The notes below the pieces were generated by a model, which saw nothing but the letters and a program-made list of their open reading frames with translations, did no database searches and was not told the origin of the DNA. 64,000 bases of DNA from Oopsacas minuta (taxonomy: Eukaryota; Animalia; Porifera): positions 732,184 to 796,183 of the forward strand of contig JAKMXF010000144.1 of assembly GCA_024704765.1 (NCBI GenBank), in the 5' to 3' direction. Each line of letters begins with the position of its first letter. Positions within the stretch are counted from its first letter, which is position 1. Positions 1-11,806 of this stretch are shown here, in pieces. The position numbers and the translations under genes were made by a program.

Positions 1-859
1 ATCTAACCTCATCCACCTTATCTACACCACAATTAATGCGTTCACTATTTATGCCATCAAAAATGCTGAAATAGAACTGACATAGATTTGAGAATGTTTC
101 GCAAGTCTATTTCTGGCCACCACATTGAATTAATCATGAGTTAATTTCGAATAGGCCCATCTGTTAGGTATTGACTTGGCTTCACAAACATTTGAATAAA
201 TACCCCACTCACTTTGATACCTTGTTTGTTTTTCACAATTCATTCAACTTCCTACTTCTTCAACACCTGTAGTACCACTCCTGAGTGTATTACTCTAATT
301 GCTTTTACCAGGAAATTCTGAGGTATTTTATAGCTACGATTATTAGTGGGACACTTTACATTCACATATCACCTTAGTTGAATTGCAAATATTGTATAAT
401 TATAATTTTATGTACACATCATATACGTGTTACATTATGAAATCATTATAAGATTACATAGTGAATTTTTTCTAATATATCGCACTGAGAATGTGACGTC
501 ATCACGTTTATGTATCGGTAAAGACAGATTCAGTGTATTTTCTCAATGTGATTCGAATAGAAAACCTACATAAGGGGTGTTCAAAAGCTACGTGACGCTT
601 CATAGGGTACTACAGGTAGTTGTAGCTAAGTGATATGATAGCAATACTGCTTGAAGGGTGTTGAATTTGTAGAAATTTCCGCTACAACTTCATTAGATAA
701 AGTGTGAATATGCCAAAATTATCAAATTTCATAAGAATATCTACGATTCCTTGGGTATTGGGTATAAATACTAATCCTCTTAAATCTTAACAATATAACA
801 CTTTTTAATAATCTCCCAGTTTGATTGTATAGGATCAGTGAAACCAGGTACTAGTTAGC

Positions 860-1348
860 ATGTCCGGTATTGCACTAGGTCGCCTCAGAGAAGAGAGGAA
901 AGCTTGGCGGAAAGACCATCCATTCGGTTTCATCGCAAGACCAACAAAAGCACCAGATGGGGATGGATCTCTCAATTTAATGTTATGGGAGTGTGCAATT
1001 CCAGGTAAGCAAGGAACTGACTGGGAAGATGGCTTGTTCAAAATTAAAATGACATTCAAAGACGACTACCCTTCCTCGCCCCCTAAATGCAAATTCGATC
1101 CCCCACTCTTCCATCCAAACGTCTACCCGTCCGGTACGGTATGTCTCTCGCTGCTCGACGAAGACAAAGACTGGAAGCCTGCTGTAACTATAAAACAGAT
1201 TCTGCTTGGAATACAAGAGTTATTGGACTCACCCAACATTAAAGATCCCGCCCAGGCTGAAGCTTATGTTGTGTTCACACAGAACAAAGAAGATTATACC
1301 CGAAGAATAAAGGAACAAGCCAAGAAGTTCAAACCTCTGCCTTCATAA
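860..1348 (+). CDS. UBE2I: SUMO-conjugating enzyme UBC9, intronless
   Basis: [25 protein letters not shown]-terminus, [13 protein letters not shown] active site, [13 protein letters not shown]-terminal motif; 162 aa. Confidence 0.97.
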   Translation: MSGIALGRLREERKAWRKDHPFGFIARPTKAPDGDGSLNLMLWECAIPGKQGTDWEDGLFKIKMTFKDDYPSSPPKCKFDPPLFHPNVYPSGTVCLSLLDEDKDWKPAVTIKQILLGIQELLDSPNIKDPAQAEAYVVFTQNKEDYTRRIKEQAKKFKPLPS

Positions 1349-1784
1349 GTTATTTTTAGTACTGCCTCTATGTACTTCTCTCTGTCCTTAATTGATAGTT
1401 GTAAAGTTGAAATAATGATCACGCTCGCGTTCCACCTTTTTGCATTCGGTATATGTCTCCTAATGCTAATCCCCATTCGATTCCTTATCAAATGGAAATT
1501 TAGATATAATTGTTAGTATAATTTAATTACTGTAAGTACAATGCTAATGTATCTAATATTAGTGTTTAATGTGTTAATCAGCTGGGAAGAGGTTCAATGT
1601 GTTAGATTTAGTAATTTACATAAACATATACGGTATAGTGAATTATACAAAGGGCTATGTTACTATATTGTCCAATTCTAATTCATATATGTTTAATGCT
1701 GTAGTAATAGCTAAAAGTTGGTAGAATTGTCTATACTGTGATTTTGTGTATCATATACACACACACAATATATTCGTAATTAGA

Positions 1785-3019
1785 ATGGCAAACTTAAGAG
1801 TAGATGAGAGAGACGAGTTTCTCTCGCATCTAGAATCTGTTCGTTCGAAATTATAGGTAGATTCTATCGAGCTCGCAGACTTCTCCAAGAGAGAGAAGAA
1901 GTTCTGTTATTTCAGCTGGATGAGATAAAGGATTCTTACAAACAGCAACTTGTTAGAAATGAACAGAGAAGAGAGCTTTTAGCTACCAGAGAAAATTTAC
2001 AATCCTTTCTTAAAGGTAATCAAAATCAAGAGACTCTACTTGCAATGCTAGCTCCTCTTGAAGATAAACTGAGAGAAATGGAAGGGGGAATAGAAGAACT
2101 ACAAGTAATTAAACTGAATTGGAGCAGGGAAGGAGAACTAGAAAGTTTATTAAAAGACATAGGTACCTTCAAATTGAGCAAAGCGATAGATAGAGATTAT
2201 ACTAGAAAGGGCATTCCTGTACTTACAGCTTGTAAATACAGATTAAAGACTACTCAGTTCGGAGAATTTAATTGGCCCACTGTTATTGCAATACAACCTA
2301 AAACTGACAACTTATACATAGCTGATACTTTTAATCACCGTGTACAAGTTTTCAATAAATCTTGTGAATTTGTCATGTCTTTTTCAACTTTAATGGATCA
2401 CCCTATTGGCATTTGTTTTCACGGAAGTAAGATACTTGTTACTCAATTCGTCGGTAATATCGTCAATATGTATACAACAGATGGTGAACTAGTAATGTCA
2501 ATAGGAAGTAGAGGAGAGAAAGAACTTGAATTTGAACATCCTTTGAGAATCTGTATTTCTGAATGCACGACTAAGATTTATATTTGCGATTACGGAAATG
2601 ATAGAGTTCAGGTTTTAAATAGTGACTTCACGTTTAATTCTTTTATGTTTCGGACCAAGCCTAGAGACGTTAAAGCTAGAGGAGATCAGATATATATTCT
2701 CAATGAGAATAATCCCTGCCTTCATGTGTACAACTATGAACATCAGTTAATTAGAGATTTGATTTCTTTTGGCAATGAAACGAGTCAAATTTATAGTTCT
2801 GATCATTTCTGTATTGATCACAATTCAAACATTCTGATTTCAGATAGAAAAAATTGTTGTGTGGTTGTGTTTAACAAAATCGGCAACATCATTCACAAAT
2901 TCGGGAGAAGAGGAAGCAAACCTGGCGATTTGATCGATCCACGAGGGATTGTAATAGATAGAGAAGGCAGGATAATAGTAGCATCTCTAAATCCTGACAA
3001 TTGTATACAGTTCTTTTGA
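1785..3019 (+). CDS. Coiled-coil + NHL-repeat protein (TRIM-NHL-like, no RING or B-box); one 1-nt frameshift near 1845
   Basis: ORF 2045-3019 has NHL repeats (YIADTFNHRVQVF, ICDYGNDRVQV, PRGIVIDREGRIIVA). ATG at 1785 gives MANLRVDERDEFLSHLESVR, and after a -1 shift EIIGRFYRARRLLQEREE..., collinear with the paralog at 30159. Confidence 0.8.
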
Positions 3020-3404
3020 TATAGTAGTAAGTGTGTATATTACTGAACATTCAATGATAATGTACTTAGTTCATGTAATTGTACAATTCTTAATTCCTAA
3101 AATTGCACATATTTACATTCGCATTTCACCAGGTGCACACATAGCAGAATATCATGAAACTTTTTAGTGCAGCTCCTATAGGGAAGTTGGCATGGATGAC
3201 TGGCTGTAACACGTTCCTTGGATCCTGCGAAATCGAGCAATTCGATTAAAATTAAAATTGCCACAGACTAGCTTACGGACAGGGAGATTATTCGAAGTGA
3301 AAATTGTTCACTCTCGACCCCAAATTCTATGAAATGTCTTCACTAAATTACTAAAACATAATTATTTAGTTACTATTGTAATTACTAATTTTACTTGAAG
3401 TGAG

Positions 3405-4229
3405 ATGGCTAGTATATTACCAGGTAAGAAGATAGCACTAGTGACTGGGGGAGGAAGTGGTATAGGCAGAACTACTGCTGTCAAGTTCTCTATAAACGGA
3501 TACAATGTGATAGTAGCAGACATTGATAAGAAATCAGCTGATCAGACTGTAGAATTATTGAAAACAGAAGGATTAGCTGTTGAGGTTGATGTCACAATTG
3601 AATCTCAGGTGGAGGCAATGGTGAAAGCAGGTGTGGATAGGTTTGGTAGAATTGATGCCTGTTTTAATAATGCTGGGATTAACTGTAGCCATGCTGATAT
3701 ATCTAATGTATCTTATGAAGTTTTCTCAAAGGTCATGGATGTAAACGTAATAGGAACATTTCTATGCATGAAGCATGAACTAAAACAATTTCTACAACAA
3801 GAACCGTTAGAAATAGAGTTAGATAATAGTGTAGTAGATCCTAACGTTAGTGAGGCTCTACTAGCTAAATCGGCTCCTAAGCCAGTTAGAGGATATATTG
3901 TTAATATGAGTAGTATAGCTGGTGTTATGGGTGTTAGATTTATCTCTCCGTATGTAGCGTCTAAATGGGCAGTTGTGGGGTTGACAAAAGCCGCGGGACA
4001 AGAATACGCCTCTAGCGGTATTCTAATTAACTGCATTTGTCCAGCATTCACGGCCAGTAAGATGTCAGAACAGTTTAGTGATAGACTTAAAGGCAGTATA
4101 ATATCTAGGATGGGTGTAGGGAGGTTCTGTACAGCTGCTGAGTTAGCAGAGATAGTCATATGGTTGTGTTCTGGGAAATGTACTTTCATGGCTGGAGAGG
4201 TTATCACCATCAGTGGGAGTTCTGTATAG
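3405..4229 (+). CDS. Classical short-chain dehydrogenase/reductase, paralog 1
   Basis: TGGGSGIG, NNAG, catalytic S and YVASK; acidic residue after beta2 (VADID) suggests NAD(H) preference. Confidence 0.92.
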   Translation: MASILPGKKIALVTGGGSGIGRTTAVKFSINGYNVIVADIDKKSADQTVELLKTEGLAVEVDVTIESQVEAMVKAGVDRFGRIDACFNNAGINCSHADISNVSYEVFSKVMDVNVIGTFLCMKHELKQFLQQEPLEIELDNSVVDPNVSEALLAKSAPKPVRGYIVNMSSIAGVMGVRFISPYVASKWAVVGLTKAAGQEYASSGILINCICPAFTASKMSEQFSDRLKGSIISRMGVGRFCTAAELAEIVIWLCSGKCTFMAGEVITISGSSV

Positions 4230-4519
4230 CTAATGGACTTTACTCGTATACATGTAGGGTAAATTTGATATTATTATTTTTAAGATTACATTTTCAGATT
4301 TGAGTATTCTGTTTACTTTATATGATTAACCATTTGCTTACAGCTGAGTACTGTTTTTTATCCTGATTATCTTTGCAACGAATCAGAAACTACGAAATAC
4401 AATGTTACTTCGTTGATATGAACACCAACGGACAGTCAAATTTTGTTTGCCTTATCTGGAGTAATACCATTTGGATATCCATTGTAGGGACCTGATTATT
4501 TGCGAATATTTGTTCGCCT

Positions 4520-4630
4520 TATCTGGAAATTCGTATTAACGAGGTTCCACGGTAGCAATAAATACAGTGGAACTCGGATAAGACGTATCCTTCGGCTGGA
4601 ACTACCCGAGTATACGTCTTATCCGTCATA
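4520..4630. mobile_element. Adjacent pogo/Tigger-like MITE termini
   Basis: ttcgtattaacgaggttccacggta followed by tacagtggaactcggataagacg; CAGTGGAAC-type ends with TA flanks; related sequence near 32170. Confidence 0.35.
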
Positions 4631-4728
4631 TCTGAATTCTACAATAATAAGATAAATATAAATTGCTCTTAAGCTAAAGGTATGATGTGATATGAAATTT
4701 TGATGATTTTATTGAGAATTCATTAGTA

Positions 4729-7700
4729 ATGGCGTTCAGAGAAGTAGAAACAGATCCACTCCTACATCCCACTAATTACAGTGACCAATCTGATCAACCT
4801 GTAGAAGATAACGTAATACAGGATAAGCTGGACTCTTTAGATGTTAAGCGAGAAGAATATGAGTATCTAATTGGCCAGGGAGTAAAGCTTCTGGAAAAGC
4901 CGAATATATTAGCAAAGAAACTAAAGATAGATATAGATAAAGCCACAAAGATTATTCAAACTATCAAATCGTTTCAAAGTGATTCTCATGGTTCACAAGC
5001 TAATCTCATGTCTGATTTTAGGAAAATAGCTAAGTGTTTGAAAGAAAATCCTGATGAAGACGATCCTGAAGATTTATCGTTACTCTGTGGGGTTGAAGTA
5101 GGTATTGTTTATAGATTTTTTGAATCACAACCACTTGGCGCTAACCAAAAGGCTGCAATAAAGGAGAAATTTAATATAGGGAATTCTGTCCCTGATATTG
5201 CGAAGTTGTTAGGGCTGTCAAATCGAAAAGTTAAGAAACATGTAGAAAGCACATTTCTAACATTTACTTGTGAAGAAGGGGAGAGAAGTTTGCAAATCAT
5301 ACAGAAATATAAAAGTATTGAAATTCCTAAACTACGTGAATCGGTTATTTCTAATGACCTCAAATTTCGAAATGATATTTATAAAATTCCAGAAAAGGAA
5401 AAAAAATTGTAAAAGAATATTTTCAAAAATTTGCAGAGTCGAGATCTTTCTTTGATTGTGATATGAAACTAACCATGGATGATATTTCTCTAATTAACCA
5501 GAGTAATAACTGTGATAACATAGAACATATCAGTAATAGAATACAAAAAGTAGAGACAGTTATAAGAGAATATCTTGAACAATACCAACCAAACCAGGTA
5601 GTTACAAATTTCTGTACAGAATTGCAAAAAGAGAAAATTCAACAAGTTGTAACTGATTTTGGAGAAGATAAACTAACTTTTCATTCTTATAGAATGATAA
5701 TTTCTAACTCATTCGAAAGCATGATAGATGATGCGAAAGAAAATGAAACTCCTAGGGATGTGTTCAGGCAGGTGTTACCGCTAGCTTTCTATTATCTTAA
5801 ATGCAGTCTCCCTTTCGAAGATATCACACAAATAATAGCCAATGCTAGCAATCTCATACTCACTACTCACGATCTGTTCCATATAATATTTCAATTATCA
5901 GAACCAGTTTTAAGAGGTTTCTGCATTGAACATTACTCATTCAGTAATTCTGTTCCTTTCTATTACCCGATACTACCCAGTAAATCATTGAAACAAAAAG
6001 ACACAAAATTTGCTATCTGTAAAGAGCTATGGTATTCTCTGCAGCAGTTCAATGGATTGGTTTCATTCGGACTGGGGAGAGCTGGTTGGAATCCTGTTGG
6101 AAAATCTTATTTACTCGATTTTATCTTTGAGACAGATTTTGTTAAAGGAAATCCTCAAAACAGTACTTTTCATTTCAATTCTATTGATATTCAAATGACT
6201 AAAAATTTGTTTGGAAAAATGAAAAATACATCTGATGCTGAATCTATCAAATGGGCTTATATTGACTGTCATAGACAAACCAATCATACAATCCTTAAAA
6301 TCATTTGTCAACACTTGGATATTGCGTTAGTTCATATAACAAATGATGATTTTATGAATAACAAGTCAGAATTAAATTCAGATATTAAACGTTTATTGGG
6401 ATCCGTTAAACACTGTTATTATCTTGTCAGAGATTACAAAGATACTAAAGTAAAAATAGAAAGTGTCCAGCGTGGGTCTACATATGAAAAGTATTATTTC
6501 ATTCCTAATCTGACCAGACAAGACACTAATAGCCATTCTGTTAGAAAATCTTTGAAAGAACTCGGCTACGAAATATTACATCTCAAAAATCCAAAAGTTG
6601 ATCGGAAGTGGATTTCTAGACTCCGTGATGCCGAAGGATGATTATCAACTAGTAGATATTCTATCGGATAAACGTTTAATTAAACGAATCACGGATCAAG
6701 TTTGTCGTCAAGCTTTAACTTGTAGTCAAGTTGAGGTCTCCTTTTTGAACTATTATCCACTGTTCGTTAACTTTATGCGGTTTTACTACGCAGCTCTCTA
6801 CGAAACAGATCAAGGCACTATTGATAATCTTAACATGGAAAGTGCTCAGCTTGCAAAGAAATTGCGTAATGCTAAAATCAGAAATGTTGTGCACGATTTC
6901 AAGGAGATTATCTCTAGAGAGAATTCAGCATTACTTTTGTGGAAACTGTCACAAGAACTTTCAATTCTCTCAAAGCAACACTCACAGTCTGGCAATGATA
7001 CTCACGTACAAAAGAGCTCTAGATACAGTCTGGAAATATTTTGGAGAGAAGCTTTACTTTCGATTAAGTATGGAAGCTTCATTGATGAAGGAAGTAAGCG
7101 ATTTAGAGAAGATTTCGCATTTAGTTATGGCAATCATGTAGAAAGAGGAGAACCATTTGAGTTGATCGATGGTGATAATCTTCGTTTTTTTAGTAAAGAA
7201 ATTGACAATATGTTATTCGATTTATATCAGAAACAGATACAAGACTTAGAAAAAATAAATGAAGGCAAACATGTATTGATAAAGCAGGCCCCGATTGTGG
7301 TGAGTATATTTGGACCACAAAGCTCTGGAAAATCAACGTTATTAAACTACTGCTTTGGCTGTAAGTTCCTAACCAGTGCTGGCAGGTGTACCAGAGGAAT
7401 TTATGCTTCTCTCTCCCAATTGAGCAGAACTGTTGCCCTCACCAACCAGTTCCTTATCTTAGATACGGAGGGTTTAGATGGAATTGAGAGATCGAACGTC
7501 AGCGACAAATCTCATATTCATTTTGACAGGACGATGGTTCTATTCTGCCTTGCTGTATCTCAAGTTGTAATTATAAATGTGAAAGGAGATATTGGTAGTG
7601 AAATGCAGAATTTGTTACAAATATGTGCATATTCTTTGAACAAACTGAATGTTAGGAAAGTAGCAGCTCCCAAAATATTCTTTGTTTTGAATCAACAAGC

Positions 7701-10700
7701 TGACCCTGATCCAGACAAACATTTAGACTCTATCAATATTTTGATGGAGAAATTGAGTAGAGAGTCTAACTTGATTGATTTAGAGGGAGTTAAGATTTCA
7801 GATTTAATTCATGTGTCGAGAGAAAATTTGTTTATTCTCCCTTCTGCATTTAACTCAGAACAGATGAATAGGCCAGGTGCAAAGCTTTTCGATTCAGAAG
7901 TGATAAAATTATCTCCAACTATTACTTTTGCTAATAAATGTGCGGAATTACGACTTGCGATCATTGACCAACTGGATAATATGCCAATAGATGATAGAAC
8001 ACCTTTCCAAACCATGAGCGAGTGGATGGATATGTCAGGGACCATTTGGGACACTATTATCAAATATCAAGATATTGTTAAGTACAGAAACGTTGAAGAA
8101 ATGATATGTTGTAATCTACTAAGGGAAATATTGTCTGAATTAATGGGGGAGCACATTTATTGTCACAAACAGGAATTTCTTGCGATTATAGAACAATTGT
8201 CAATTGAAATTCAAAAAATAGAAATTTTAGGTGATGCTGAAAGCTTACTTTATAAATTTATGCTCAAATTCGATGAAACCTTCTTTCCACGTCAAGAGGC
8301 TTGTTTCAGAGCATTTACCACTCGATGTCAAAATTCCAAAAAGCTAAAGAAGATGGATATTATTTGTGATGAATCTAAGTCCAATTTATCTCGACTGATT
8401 TATATGGAGAAGAAAATCTATGAAGATAAACTCAAATTCCAAATTAAAGCGGTTTTGATTGAAATCATGTTGTCAGAGGGTATGAAGAGGTTTCAAGAAG
8501 CAATTACCATTAATGTTGATAAATATGTGGAATTAAAAGTTGAAGAACAGATCAGTGCTTTTGAAGAAACTTGGATAAAATGCTTTGGAAGAGATGACCA
8601 GAAAGAAGAAATGATTGAGCGTGATGATAGCTTCAATAATTTATATTCTCTATTTATGATGGAGTCCAAAACAATGGAGAACAAACAGGCTATCTCTGAA
8701 ACGTTCAATGATTCCAATTTCCAGATGGATACAGTTATTTCTTCTCTTAAGTCACTTATATTGGCTAGATTCATTAACGATCCTGATTCCTTTGAGGGGA
8801 CTGAGCAGTTCATTTATTCATGCAATGAAAGTAATTTTTCAATCAAAAACATGACACCATATATTGGGAAACGTAATTATGAGTATTTATCTCCAGATTC
8901 TCTATTTACGGTCGATAAACAATGGCGGTTCTCTCCACGAAAAATAACTTTGTCAAACTGGGTTCCAAAACAATGTAAATCTCTTGTAAAGTATTGTTCA
9001 GGTTATTATAGCCAACCAGATATAGTTTGGAAAGGACTGGACAGAGTGCGACAAATTCTATTGTTAGCATCTAGCTTAATTGCTCCAGGTAGTATTACTG
9101 AGGAATGTAACAGCTCATGGCAACTATTAATAGACAACATTTCCAAAAGCATTAAAACTTTCACTGATAATGATCCAAATATTTCGCCCGGGACTGTGAA
9201 AGAGATGGTTAATTATCTCTGTTTCCTGTTTAAATTCGTTAACTATGAAATAAACTTCATTCAAGCAAAACTAACGAATGTGGCTGAGAGGACCATTACA
9301 ACTTTAGTATTCGCTTTTGCGTTCGAATCTCTATGGAAAATCAAATTACAGAAACGATCAGAACAAAAAGCTAAAACTGAAGTCAAGAAAGATAATTTTC
9401 GCCAATACTTTCTGCAAAAAATCGAAAATCGCAAAATTATCCGCGAAAACTGGAATCGTGAGAAGATGAAAGAAAGTGATTGTAAAATTTCAGCAAAATT
9501 TGCTCAAGATTTTTTGGAAAGTGTTAAGAGAGGAGTATTAACCGCAGAACAGCTGGAGATTGAAAACTACTTCAATAATAAGAAAGAAATTTTCTCGCAC
9601 GCAGGCTTACTCTTAACTGCGAATTGTATGTTAATGACTGAACTCGAAAAGGACCCTGAAAGCGAAGTTTCCGATCAGGATAATTTTGTTATTAAGTATA
9701 TCTGTAATCGGAATGATGAACTCAAGAAGATATTCGCAGACAAATGGGCCAAAGTTCAAGATGAGTATTATCTATGTATACTTAGAGAGATTAGAAAGAA
9801 GTTATCAGAAAACATAGAATCATTCAAACAGGTCCTTATCGCATTACTGGATAGTCTCAAACAATCTTCCAACTCATCAAGGAATTCAGAATATCAAGCA
9901 TTCGATTCTGACAGTAACTTTGAGATTGCTGACATTGAAGCATGTAAAGAAATTGATTTTGAAAAGAAAAGAGAGACTCCATTCAAAGCAATGCTTATGT
10001 ATTTGCATAAGTATCTCAACCCACAAGTTACTCCTGGACAATTTCAAGATGTTTTTAAGCAAAACAATATCTTTGAAGTAGATGGGTAAACATTAAAATT
10101 TCTGATACATACATGTTATGCACTAAACCGATTTATCCGAAATTCATTCTTGATGAAGAAACCTTTAAAAAGTTGGAATTTACAAACATGTTCACGTCTG
10201 AGAATATTTTCAATATCTATCAGTACGTCACTGAATTTCTGTCTGTTTTAAATACCGATATTGCTGAATTGACAAGAGAAGAATTTGCAGAAATGGTTCA
10301 GCCAATAAAAGAACAATTCGAGAAAGATTCTATTGGTTGCCCCAATCAGTGTCCTAGTTGTGGAAAGCTCTGTGAGAGAGAACTGCATCCAAATAACGGT
10401 AAATGTATGATTAAAACTGGACACCAGATCTGTTCAATGGGTGGTAAGGTTTGGAATTACGATGAAAATAATAGTGCTGTTTTATTCATGTGTGACGATT
10501 TCAGAGATAATACCACCATTGTTCTGCAAGGGCGTACCAGAATTTGGAAACAATTTAAACATTTTTCCGCGTTTGAATGGGATTGGCATCTGCCAAAAGA
10601 TCACAAAAACTTAGCTTTACAATATACTAATCGCGAAAAAATGAAAAATATTTGGAACAAATTCGGGAGAGGAATCCTGGAATATTACTCGGTCAGAGGG

Positions 10701-11411
10701 ACAGCTATTACATTTGTACCATACACTTCATCTTATGACGTATACCAAATTCTTCAAGTTAAATATTACATTTGTTTCGTCATCGATGGGACAATGTCTA
10801 TGCTCACAGAACTCAAGAGAGTTCGTAATTCTGTTGGACAGTTCATTAAGATGTATAAAGAACATGGGAGTGTACCGCATTTTAAAGTAATAATCTATCG
10901 TGATCACTGTGACAAAGTTCTATTGGAAAAGTTTCCAAATGACAATAAATTCACGTCAGATTTTGCTAGTATTCAGGAATTTCTTCTTTCAGTTGAAGCA
11001 TACGGTGGGTTAGATTTCCCAGAGGCAGCATTGGATGGACTAGCAACCGCAGCAACTGAATGCGAATGGAAGACTACAATTGGTGTTAAGAACATCATTA
11101 TTCACATTTTTGACGCACCCCCACACGGGGATTTTCCAAACCCTACTGTACATGATCTTAGGAGTAATAAAGCGCATTGTTGCTGTTGTAATCATGGTAC
11201 AATTTGTCCGTTTGATTGGCAAACTCATGTCTGGGATAATATTGAAATAAATCAAATTGAATATCATGGAATAAATACAGGCAAAAGAAATCCTTCTTTC
11301 GAAGCTACGATGAAGGAGAAATTGGGAGATCTGTGTGGTGAATTCCAGACGGTAGGAAAGGAAGTGGTTAACGATGCGATATTAAAATTTTTTATTGATC
11401 ATCAAAATTAA
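4729..11411 (+). CDS. Very large inducible GTPase (VLIG/GVIN-like) with N-terminal HTH-like motifs and C-terminal VWA domain; four ORFs joined by three 1-nt indels, ~2,230 aa if repaired
   Basis: G1 GPQSSGKS, RCTRG, G3 DTEG, FDRTMVLF; Cys/His cluster CPNQCPSCGKLC..H; VWA MIDAS DGTMS, GGLDFPEA, DAPPHG. Frames join at A8 5399-5406, near A4 6593-6596 and at G3 10084-10086. Confidence 0.82.
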
Positions 11412-11806
11412 TTATAATTTTCTTATTTTATAATTCTTTTAGGATTTAGGCTATTTATTATTTGGTTTTTCAAAGATTTCCAGAGGTACTTACCTTGTGG
11501 GTGAACTACCAAATCTGTATATTTCCCTGTAAATATTATATATTGATATTTTGTATATTGAAGTTAATGAGTGTAATTACGTATTAATCAATAAGATAAT
11601 TTGCATGAATATCTGCTGAATAGAATTATTGATATATTATAGCAGGGGCAGCCTGAGTGTTGGGTTAGGTAGGGCCTGTGCCCCGTCTGAAATTGAGCGG
11701 AGTAGACTGTATCTGATAGAATTGAGATATACAATAATCTAATACAGTCTTACTTGTTATTTAAGTAAGTATTACACAAAACTTTATTATCATTGTCTCA
11801 CAATGC

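Noticed and set aside
1-137. Minus-strand open frame MINSMWWPEIDLRN... running off the window edge
   Set aside because: Too short to identify; it may be part of a neighbouring gene.
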